The translations under genes were made by a program, and so were the position numbers. DNA of 64,000 bases from Daphnia carinata (taxonomy: Eukaryota), in NCBI RefSeq assembly GCF_022539665.2, contig NC_081331.1:1302001-1366000 (forward strand). Reading direction: 5' to 3'. The notes under the pieces were generated by a model that worked only from the letters and a program-made list of their open reading frames with translations, did not search any database and was not told the origin of the DNA. This document shows, one piece after another, positions 52,001-64,000 of the stretch (its first letter is position 1; the number at the start of each line of letters is the position of its first letter).

Positions 52001-55000
52001 TTTAGGCGACGTGAAATCATACAAGTATCTACGTAAGGAGGTTACACAATAACGGAAGGCTTAGGAGTTATACCATCCACCATTGGCGATCAAATGTCGT
52101 AATGATCCTCTTTTCATTTCTGACACCCCATTTGCCTTTCCTCATTCATTCTATAGAGAACTTGATGGATTCCAAGAAGCCTCAAAGATTATCTTGCTCT
52201 GTGTATATTTTTTTATCGTTCCATATCAAAATGCGGCATCAGAGAAACATCAAGCGTATTTATTTCTATACGCGGCTTTGCTCGTATTACATCACCCATC
52301 TCTCTCTTTCAAACGTCAGTCGTATATATAGTGGCGGTGACAAGGAGCACGTATCACAGACACATTGGCTGCTGCTAGTGTCGCGGCGGGGCGGATATTT
52401 ATATCTTGACTCGACACTTTCATTGTGTTTATTCTTGCTGCTCCCTTCTTTCGCACAGCTCCGCTATTGCGCTCTCGTGGGTGTCATCGACCTGCCTTTC
52501 GTTGGCGCTTCTTTTCTCAACGTCCACCAACGAAATCCAACAGCAATCACGTACACTATGTGCAGCACACGGTAAGGGCCGCATCGCTTTTCAGGTCGAC
52601 AACAAATCGTGACTAACGGTTTCACGTTGTACGACACTGTTGGGATAGGCAGTGCGCATTACATTTAATACATCGAATTCAAAAAGCTTTTCACGTTCAA
52701 TGTCCTGTTGACAGGCATTTTCTTACAGGTAAAAAAAAAAAATGTTTCAAGTTGTTCGTCTGACATGACGACATGTCAGCAATACTCAGCGGGAAGTAGG
52801 TGACAAAACTGTTCGATTGATAAACCAATTGTGTGCGAAAGAAAAAAGTCGCCATTATGACAGCAAAATACAAGAAAAAGGCAAGGAATTCTATTGAATC
52901 AGGGAATGGAAAAAAAAAAAGAAAGTAAGCCTCAAAAATGCAATCCTCTGTCGTATTTTACACAGGCAACTGACATCGTCTACTTCTTTGTGGGGAAGGC
53001 TTCACAATCCTTCGTTCATCGTGTACGTATATTTTAGAGGGAAGAAAAAAAGGGGGAATGGCTGACGCGAACAGAGAGATCTTATTAGGCTGGTATTCTT
53101 CTCTCCGTAAATACGCAGTCCTTACATCAAGTCAGCTTATGTGTATACATAAATAAAAAATAGATGTACTGCTGTGTGTATACTGACATTTTCACACACG
53201 ATATCTCCTTTAGTCTCGTAAAGAATAAAAAAAAAAAAATGGAACACAAAAAATTGAATTTTATTTTAAAGCTTCTGGGTTAGGTTGCCTCACGGGCTCG
53301 ACGTTGTCATCATCCGGACCAGAAATTGGATTTCCGGGCTGATGCTGGATAGCTGTTGTTGTTGGGAATGTATAACATAAAAAAAATGCCCACAGGCAAG
53401 CGTACGCATAGTAACAACGAGAACTTTCGTTAGAAATGCGTAACATATACAAGAACGCCAAAGAGACACACCCTGTCCGTTATACACTATCTAGTAGTAC
53501 AAGTTAAAAACATAGGGGTGAAACTAGCAAACGGGCAAATGAACATGCACGTCCTTCTGTTATTCGAAGAGTTGTTTAACAATTTGTACGGGGATGTTCG
53601 CCGGAAAGCATTGCCATTGATTCGCAGTGCACGCATTTCTCGCATTCAAATTCAAATTCAAAAAAATATACAAATAAAGACAATTGATTATGTCGCATTT
53701 TAGAGTGACTTGCAAGGCTTGATCAATTCGTTACGCATTTGCGGTGGACGTGAATCATTTTCAGTCGACACAAATTCAGACGATCAATAAATCACATGAG
53801 GGCGTTATCATGTGGAGGTTTGTCTTTTGATTACACAACGTCCTCATCTGCTATCCTACTGGCTCTTTTTTGGCAGTTGGTGAAAGATGCATTTCTTCTC
53901 CTCATTTCCTGCTTTTCTTCGTCACACATTTTTAGCTTTTCCCCTTCTTAGAAGGATCTTTTGCTATCCTACTGCTTGCATTTGTTGTTGTCCTGCCAAA
54001 TCATCGGCCTTCTTCATTTTTTTTTTCCCCTTCTTTTGAGCAAGGGCTAACCCGATAGAGTGTGAAAGCCTCGACGTCTACATCAGTGCGTGTAATGTGG
54101 ACGGATCAGTGGAACCCCCGGAATACTTAGAAGCAGCGGGACTTGCTCACAACTTGTTCCTTAGTCGATGTTCCTTTCTTTTTTATTTTCATTCTTGTAT
54201 CTGCCGATCGTCAGCCAAGGGTTGCCGACCTATTTCTTCGTCTTCCATTGGAGGGAGGCAACTGCTATAATGAAAAAAGGCTATAAGCGGGTTTTGCGGC
54301 CAACGTCGACTGCCGCGAAATGGAGTTAACGGTGTGAATAACGGGCTACTGATGAAAGCAACTGATGTATACGACTAAGCTTGTATACGACTTGCAAGAG
54401 GAACGGGGAATAGAGGCTATCTGTTATACGAAACGGGGCTAACCAGAATAATCAGTTGGTGATATACATTCGCCATTTGGGCGCCTCCTCCGCCATCCAA
54501 CCTCCCCTTTGTAACTCGATACACCAGTTCTACATGCGCTCACAATCAATAATGCAACTATCCTCTTTCTTTTTTTCGCTCGTCAAACTGATGTAATAAT
54601 GGCAATGGAAGTCAGGCTTTTGGAAATCAAGAGAGACACACAATGTGAGCACGGGACCCATTGAAAAGACAAAAGGAAATAAGAGAACTGTTGGGTATAG
54701 GCGGTGATTTACAGAGATGTCGCAGATGTATACTGTGTTTCGTGAATTAGCATTAGTAGTGAAGAAAACGGAGGCGCATGAATGGTAAACGATTTAGAGC
54801 CACAACGACCTTTCTTTTTGTTTAAACTCGTACAGCGACACGCGACACTTAAACACGCCAACGTAAAGTTACGTAACGGCACTCTTTTTTTTTATTCCAC
54901 GTCGGGAACTTTTCACCGAACGATGTTTGTTTCGATAGGATTGTGGAGCATATAGATTAGATAGATAGATGCAAGCATTTTCGTTTGATGTAAAGACTTT

Positions 55001-58000
55001 TAATAACCACTGAAGCTGGTGCATCGAAGTGCTTTGTCTGTCTGTGAAGAAGAAGGGAAAGCGGAAAGATGTATAGACAACGTATCAATCGCGGGTATTG
55101 TCTACGTGACGCAAGAATTTCCAGAAGCAGCCGTAAAGCTTCTCGATGCCCGAATCTATCCGTCATGTTCGTTTGATTTATTCTTGACGTGTGTTGTTTG
55201 GTAACAAGGCTAGCACTTCATATTTTAAACGTCCCGAAAATTGGTGAAACTGCAATTCAACTACAGACTCATTAGGATCTTGTCCTACTGCAGCGGATGA
55301 TGAAAGTGCACGCGTGATTTGCATGAACGGAGGTAATTTCCAGTGGCATATCGAAATGGGGCCGTCCGTTTGATTTAGGTACCATTTGCGTAACTATCAT
55401 GCGTCATTTCTCACGGTGCTACTATCGTTTGAGCTCGTTAAACTACGGGATATGATCAAAGTTGGGCTCATCAGACGTTTGCAAATAATTCACAAGAGCA
55501 ATTTCATGTCTCAAAAAGAAAAGGATGGCAACTAGCCGGTTGTTTACGCATGTTTTATCTCGTGATCAAAACTCAAAAGAAAAACGTTGTGTGGGCCAGT
55601 CATATTTCTGTTGTTTCAATTACACTGCCTTGAGGGATACATCGAGCGTACTAGTTCCATCTCGCTTTTGACTGAAATAATGCTCCAACTCGACCGTTTG
55701 TTGTTGCGTTTTTCTGTTTGTTTGTTTGGTTAGAATGTTGTGACGTTTATAAGGGCTCAGATCGTTCTGAACATTCCCTTGTTAATATTTGGGGCTTTAT
55801 TTTAATGACTTCTCTTTCGTCTAGTTTTGTTTAAGGCAGCTAGGCTTCAAAACGAGCTTTTCTTTTCCGTTTACCAATGAGCAACTCACAGAATAGCGAA
55901 GGCTTTCCATGCTCACCACGAATGAAAAGCACAGAAACATCTGCATTAGTTGTCCTTGGCCACGGTTTTTTTTTTCAGAGATGATTGAATACCTTTTGAA
56001 ACACAATTATGGGTGAGATGCTTTTTCCTTAAAAAGTTGACACCATACACTCCGTAGAATGAATGTGTACGTGTTTCTGACGTAGACTCTGCCCGTCTAG
56101 ACGACGGGGTCGTTTAACATCAATAGTTTGTTGTAATGACCTTACAAAACAAATGTTTTTTGTTTTTTTTTCAATGAAACGCCAGCGCATGCTTGGAGAA
56201 TGTACCAAGTGTCTGACTAGAAGTTGTGCATTTCTCACCTACGCAACGGCGGAGGCAGATGTAGATTCCACGAATCTAAGTGTTCCCGCGTGAGTATCTA
56301 GCTCTCTCGCTTGTACACGTCTAGAACACAGTCTGCGCTTTTGATAAGAAATGAGACACTGGCAATGCGGCGGTGCACTGCGGGACTGGGAAGCTCACAT
56401 TATAGATAAAACGTCTGCATATGAGTACGTGCACAGGGATCAAGACATCAAAAGCCGGATTGTGAAGCAAAGGACATTCCATTTTCGAAAAAATGAAGCT
56501 CTAAAATATAAGGCTATTATAGCAAACTTGGGCTTTCTAGCGAGTCGATCCCGGATATGACACATGTCGACATGGTTATTGTGTATCAGAGTTTATGCCG
56601 TAGATTGCTGCGTAAAACGGCGTGCGTGGGACCCCAGGCTATTCACATTCCAATGTCTTTTCATTATAAAATTTAAGTAAAAGAAGAAATAATGATCCGT
56701 ACGATGTGACCGTAAAGTCGTACGGAAGCGTAGGCAGGCCGGCTACTGCCATAGCCGTACATTATTTAGATTAATGATAATATCAAAGTTGTGTTTGCGC
56801 ATGACGGAGAGATAGTTCCAACTTTCATCCCCTCGAGAGCTTCAGTGAGTGAGCAACGGAACAAAAAGCATGGAGAAAAATCTCCATCATCAGGTACGAT
56901 ATGAGTTAAAAGTTTAAAAGTGGCTAGAAGAAAAGGGGAGATGTGCGTAAGGGATAAGCTGTAAGTTAGATCAACTCGTTGAGGAAAAAAAAAAGGAAAA
57001 TTTGGATAGGAATAGAAATCGCTATTTAATTGGAAGGATTCATTGCATTTGCTCTCCGGTACAAAAATCTAACAGGGAGGCGAAAAAAAAGGAAAGCAAC
57101 GCCGTGCATACAAAGGGAGTTCTACGGTCTTTGACTTGGGATGAGGCTAGAAATGGGGAATAACTCAGCCAATGTAAAAACAGAAGGAAAAATGCAAATA
57201 GATCAAACTATTGAAAAAATGGTGCCAACTGCAATATATTTAGTTAAATATAATGGAAGAAACATTTAGTAGATTCAATACCACAGCACGATAAACTTGA
57301 ATCATCGACGCACAACTCCAATCCTTCCTTCGCTCTAATCAAGGTCTTCAGTCGATCTGCATTTGTTTCGTTTCTAAGTAGTTGTTCATGTTCTTTTCGT
57401 GAAAAAGCGACACATAAAAAAAAGGAGTGACAACCATCAATCTAGCCAATCGATGACTCCGCATACCTCGTGAAAGAATCCCGAAAAAGATGAAAGAAAG
57501 AATGCGATATGTAGAAAATGGCATTGTGCGGAACGGATACTTGTATATATCGAAAACTTGGCCAGACAGATAGCAAGATAATTACGATGTCTCACGGCGC
57601 ACAGGGCCGCTTCACTTACTTTTTTTTTTTGCTATTATATCCTGCTCCCACGTGTGCCTTTCTCTGATCTGTATATATTCCCCACATCCTAGGTATGCCA
57701 TCCATTATACGCTGGATTGCATTATATTCCACTAGATAATTAGGTGCTGTGATACGAGATATTTTACCAGACACAATGCGGTTCATCGTGCGTCTTCAGT
57801 TCTATCGTTATGTAAGCACCATCGGTAATGCGATATTTCACGTGCAATACAAATGTATCTGTGATACTGGCTATCCTACGTGTGGTATTCCATAGTTTCG
57901 TTCATACTTTGTTTCCCTATCATCCGTTAAATGATTGACCTAATGGGCAGAATCGTTTATGAGATTGTTGTACACAACACTGGGAACAAACCACGTGAAA

Positions 58001-58646
58001 ACATATTGACGTTTGTTTCACGTGAACGGACATTGCCCAGCAGCCACACAGATGCTATTACTTCTGGTCAACGTCACGTGTTCTCTGTTGATTGAACACA
58101 AAGTTTCCTACCCACAGTTGTCCTAGCGTACGCACCCGGTTAAACAGATGCATGCAAACACAAATCGTAGAATTGCTAGAGACGGTTACGATGAACTGGA
58201 AGCGAGGGGATATAATGAATACAACAACACCGAAAGACATAAATTTTTCGATGTGCGCCCTGTTTGTAATCGTCCAAGTCCACCGATCAACTTCAAACAG
58301 AGACAATAACGGTAAGTCACTGGCCTCTGCTCGCCGATGGACCTCATCGGGTCAAAGGATTAACTCTGTGAGTACGCAAGTTCTGAACTTAAACAGAGTT
58401 GGACAGCGTGATTGTACAGTGTATACTGTACGTGAATACATAATTTGTCTCTATAACTCTTCGTCTGTTCGATTATTCTTTTTTTTCGGAGAGCTTTACC
58501 AACGTTGCATAGATATTCTGCCCCTGGATGAATTAAATCCACATCATTAACCAGGCTATGACTATTGATTCTGTTTATCTTCAACATCGACGTGTGGATC
58601 AAGCGGAAAATATACATGTAAGTATGGATTAAACACAAATGAAAAA

Positions 58647-58688
58647 TGATTAAATAGTCTAGTAAAGTGATTGAATAGTCGAGTAAAG
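58647..58688. repeat. 2 x 21-nt tandem duplication
   Basis: tgattaaatagtctagtaaag followed by tgattgaatagtcgagtaaag (2 mismatches). Confidence 0.85.
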
Positions 58689-61600
58689 TTTCCCCGTTTC
58701 GGAGAAGTGCTCGGCACTGCCTCTATTTGCAGTAATGAATGCCACACAGAATTTCGTTCGGATTCGTCCTTTTGATGTTGTTCTTTCTGTTTCCCAGGAG
58801 TGTCGCTCGACGGTGTACCAGACAAACTAGTTTGGGCACAGCAAAGATTTGATAGTGTCAGAAGGGAATGATGCAACCTTTGTAAACACGTGAGGCTTGG
58901 AAAACTTACACTTTGCTTCGTTGACTGCTGGTTTATTTTGTTAGCTAGCATTTTAGAAGAGACGCCATCGATGTAGTTGTACTTTTGGCTCCCTTTGCGG
59001 AAGCGCAGATGTGATTTTGTTGGGCGGTTGCTACTGCAAGCAAATGCAACAAGGACCAATTTCAATTATGATTTTACACGGCTTTGACCTGCGTGTTATC
59101 GAGTTGATGTTTAATTCATTTACACTCGGACTATAGGAATCGAAATGAAAGAGATAATGATGGCGGATGTTAAATTTGTATGCTAAGCGATGAATTGGAA
59201 AGATATAGATCTCTTAGCATAATGGTACTTAAAAAAATATAACGATATCTTTAAATCTTGGTGTTAATATTTTCTTCAACGTTCATGTCTTTAAGACTGA
59301 GGTTGAAAATACCGAGTCCGAAATGTAACTTGCTGCTGCTGAGTTATTGATTTATTTCTTTTATATTATTTTCGCACCACTAATTTGATTTATTTCGACT
59401 TCCTCGAGTGCCACCAGCTGTTTCCTTCATTGAGTTTGCCTTGCCTACAGACTTCTGATAGGTATACGACGTACGGTTCCGCCAGAGCGTCCAACGCGTC
59501 ACAGAGCGCCAGCCGATCAACTTTTTCGGATGAAAAAAAGAAGAGAAAGAAAAAAAAAAATAAAATAAAATAAAGCAGCCAAAAAGAAATTCAGTGGAGC
59601 GAAGAAGCCAGCTCATAAGTTTTTGGTCTGGTTTCCTACAAGTATCATAATAAACCACGTTGCCTCAAAACTCGTATTCTTGCGCCGGCCTTACAGATCC
59701 TTCTATATGCTATCTACTTTCTCATCTGGTGGTGGCCTTAGCATTTCAAAGAGTGAAAAAAAAAAAATAGCCTAGCAGCATTACTTTCGTAATACAGTTG
59801 AGATATACGAACGTAAACAAGTGGAGGCCTGGTGGTTTATTTCCAGCAAAAATTGGCTTTTGCTGCCGGGAAAGACGGTTGCCACGACAAAGCGAAAACC
59901 TGCTCAAGTCAATCGATGTAGAACCAGGTCCACGTAGGTTTACAAACAAATAAACACAAGCAAAATGTCATTGGAAAAAAAAAACAGTCAATTGATTAAA
60001 GGAAACTGGTTATTTTCATTTTTCTTGACGAAATATCAGTCAAGTTTTCCATGCGAGTGGAGTATATCGCTGAACGGTATTAACAATTGACTTGCATGAA
60101 CAATTTTCGTTTGGCTTTTTTCTGTAATGGATGCGTCGTCTTCATTTCATGTCATTTCCATGTCAATTATTCATCGCGATCGCATGTTTGAAAAGAATGC
60201 ATTTTTGTGAAACTTGGCGGGTACCAGTTTATAGCATTATGTATATGCACACTTTGAAAGCACACAAATTGATTGATGCGCATAATCGAAAGGGAATAAT
60301 AACCTGCTTAAAAAGGCAGCATTTTCCGCAAACATGATTTGATTTGGATTGATAGGCAAGCCATTTACAAGAAAGGAGTAGACAGAATACAAATATTTAA
60401 GACAGCGAAAAAGACCTTGTCATTCCTCTTTGTCCCGGATCAATAGTTTGTATTTCAATACGACAAATGGAGTGGAACAAATGAAAAGGACACCACCTAT
60501 ATTTCTTTTCTTTTGGGATTTGAAAGGATGAGAAAAAAACAACCCCTAACGGAATAAGGAAAACGATGTAAATTGCCAAGGAAACACGGCAAAACACGAC
60601 AAAACGCAATAGCAAACAATAAGAACGATTCGCCAGATTTAACAAGTCTAGATGTTTGAGTTTTCAGCGTTTAAGTATAGAAAGAATCTCAGAACAGAAA
60701 ACAGTTCTTATCGCCCCAATCTCCCCCTAAAAATTAGAAATATCTCCACCAAACCCTGCCGTTTTGTTATTCAACGAAGGACGACCAGTGAAATCGAAAG
60801 AAAAGAGACCAACTGGAGGCTGTACGTTCGGAGATGGGGGAGCGGCTTGTACTGCGGATGCCCGTCTTGATCGAAACCCAAACTGCTGTTGGAAATCCCA
60901 CGACTCGTTTTCTCCCTTGTAGATAAAACTCTCGGTCCCAAAAAAGGGGAAAAAAAGTTTGAATTTTGGAAAGGAGAAGAAATGGGTGACATCTACGATG
61001 TGTTGTGCGCGCTGGCAAAACTTTATATTTAGAGTGACGCCCGTCATCAGCGCGATCAATTACATAGACGACAGGATGATAGATATAACAAAATCTTGAT
61101 TCATTTGATTACTTTCTCTTTCTGTGTCGGTTATCCACGCACGCTATCGAATAATACGCATCTTAAGGAGTTTATAGATTAGAAAAAAAAATAGGAGATG
61201 GGGCTCCATCCTTGTTATCTATCTATACGTATCGCCCTTGTGTATAGAGCCTCATTAAGCGAGAAGAAGGAGAGCTAAAGAGAAACTAGAAGGAAGAGCC
61301 CATTCATTCGGCATCAGTGCGTTCGTGTGTATGAATTATGTAAGGCAGCGCTCAAAGACGGAGGCGTCACAAACTTCAAAAAGCAAACACACACAGTGAT
61401 TGTATACGGTCTGTGGCTTTCTCCTTCTTCCATTTTTTTTTTTAACAGAGTCTCAAAAGATTTTCCTTCACGGTATAGTAGTTATATAATAGACTGACGA
61501 ATTCTTCCATTCCGCCTGGTGTTTCAATCGCTCATTATCGTCGGATAACGCGGACAAGAAATAAGGATCGCTGAATGCACGCAGGGCACAATTAAAACAA

Positions 61601-64000
61601 ATAAAATCGGCATGAATGGATTGATGGGGACAATGAGCGAAAGGCGGTCGTCTAATGAGTTGCAACGCCCATGCGATCCTCAACTGACGATGCCGTGAAA
61701 CTCAACAGCGCATAAACTTTTGGTCAAAGGAAGCGGATGGCAGGGTTGACTAGATGACAATTTTCCAAATCAATCCCAATCACAAGGCAACGGAGCTCAC
61801 ATAGAGTTACACGCGTAGAAGCTCGCACAAGTTCTTTTTGCTATACTGTCTCTGCTTTGTCAATTTCTCGCCAGCGATGTTCTACGTATAGTTTTGCTTT
61901 TGAGCTCTACCCGTTGGCATAGACCATCCGGGTTGTCGTAATTGTGACTCGTTCCCCAAGTCTCAAATTCGCTTAAAATCAGTCTACTAGAGCTTGGCAG
62001 CATCGAGGATATGTGTGCTAAATAGCATCCACATTGCGCATTAAAGCTGCACACATGAAACAAATGATGCCCTTTTCTTCAGACTTCAACGTCCATTAGT
62101 CTCTTCGATGTATCAAAGATCTGGCGTTCCCACACGTCCAGCCTTACGGTTAATCGGACGTAGCTACTTCATTAGCAATAGTTGAAATTACAAGTTCGAA
62201 GTGGACATCTTGAGCTGTGTGGATTGTCAAAAAGACTTCGTCCCATAAAGAAACGGGATAAGAAAAGCAAAATGTGCGTTTCCCCGGCAATGATCACGAT
62301 GTCTTGATGCCATACAAACAGATCAGATCCGAAAAAGGAATTCACGCAAGAACCAGCATTCAGTTTCTACAGAAAATCGATGTGCCACCAACATAAGCAT
62401 TATCCCGTTTGTGGTATAGGCAGCATATGCTGACCGACGTAGTTTATTTGCAGCGCTGCACAAGCTTATCAACTTCACATCGCACTCAACGACCCTTAGA
62501 TTTTCAACATCTACGGCGTTACTATAACCAACGACTGCAATGCTCCGTCTCTATTTCTATCGTTACACAATCGTTTTAAGCCCAGACACTATAACCCTCA
62601 TCGGATTATCAAGGACTCGCAATAAAAAAAAAAGCAAGCAAACTGTGATTGGAACCGATAAAACCACAAAAGTCCCGAAACTCGGGAGAACCCTTTTAGC
62701 CATTTAAGGGACTTCGTTTACGACTGATGATCTATTGGAATGGACGTATCTATGCATAGCTTAAAAGATATAGGTTATACTTTATATGTGTTGCATGTAC
62801 GTGCATCCTGTAAATAGAGTGAGAATAGAGTTCTTTAGAGAAAGAAAATGCAAAGAGCTGTACCCACTACGTATAACATGATGGCCCAGTCCAACAACAA
62901 TAAAGAGATGTTGGACTGGTCAAAGCAACGTGGATGTGGTATACGGCGGATGTGTGGCATAAAAGGCTATTCAATCAGATAGATGGGATGGAACGAGCAA
63001 TGCGGGTTTCTATACGCGTTCCATGGCTCGTGATTGAATGCCCGTCTTGGTACTCGACGTGGTACTATACGACGTATTTATTTACACTTTTGCTACAAAA
63101 GAGAGAGAGAAAAAAAAAAGAGTTCTATTCATAATTCATAGTCTATCTATGTATGTCATATTGAATGTAATAAAATGGATAACATGAGCGTCGAAAAGAA
63201 ATCCTATGGCCGCCACAAAAACAGGCAAGAAGAGTAGCTCAAGTTCTTCAGACGGGTAAGTGTGTTTTTTTTATACTGTACGACGTACGAAGTAAAGTAG
63301 AGAATTTACATTTGGGGGGGAAGGGGAATGAGGAGGAAGAAACATGTTCGGCTACATGTGCTCATCATTTTCTTGTTATTGTACAACGAGGAGTTGCGTG
63401 AAAACACGGCGACATTTTAGTGGTAAATCGGGTGGATTTAGAAACGTTGGCCATTTGTCCTGTCCCCGGCTTATTGCAAGTCCTCTAGGAATATATATAA
63501 AAGAGAAGGAGCTGCATCCCTTCATTATGTTGCCTTTCTTTTTATCATGTGTATGATTGCTCCCCCGTCGCCCAGCGACATCCTTTTTATCTGGTTGTAT
63601 ATAAGGTTACATTAAGAGCTTACACACAGATACGTATATGAACAGACTCGTTTGCTCAGACAGCATCTTAATAGCCGACACACCTAAAGTATGTATTAAG
63701 ATTTAGCTTCAAATATTTTTTGGAGGAGGAAAAAGAACAGTAATTAAGGTTTATGGCTCTATTTGATTATCCAAGTTGCTCTGTACCTTTTGCCATTGTA
63801 TATTCATTTTAAAAGCGGCAATGAACTCGCGTCCGTGCCTCTTTAGAATTTCATGGCACGCGTTTCAAAACGAAGCCTTCCTCAAAAGGTTTTTGAGGAT
63901 TCTATGGTAATTTTTAAACAGTTTGTGACATTTCTAGGGTATACGCTTACTCGTTCCAGTGAAACCTTGTATAAGCCCGTATGTGTCAGCCAATTTACCA

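Overview
Eukaryotic, AT-rich arthropod genomic DNA with short GT-AG introns and many poly-A/T runs and microsatellites. The style suggests a crustacean such as Daphnia (inference). All supported genes are on the minus strand. From right to left: (1) a nicotinic acetylcholine receptor alpha7-group gene, exons 2-11 at 40051-30015, whose signal-peptide exon was not found, so 40052-64000 is probably mostly a very large intron; (2) a complete 7-exon nAChR beta1 gene at 25739-17763, starting about 4.3 kb downstream; (3) a small unrecognised gene for a secreted or membrane protein at 12717-11485; (4) the first coding exon of an MGC- (myristoylation/palmitoylation-type) protein at 1344-1089 that runs off the window. 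The main finding is a modular exon array in the alpha7 gene: two intact 195-nt copies of the loop C + TM1 + selectivity-filter exon and three intact copies of the TM2 pore exon, giving up to 6 isoforms. The alternative copies lack the Glu(-1') or Glu(20') charged ring. A candidate bidirectional competing RNA-pairing switch lies between the two 195-nt exons. Gene models were assembled by eye from splice sites and reading phase; there is no expression evidence here.
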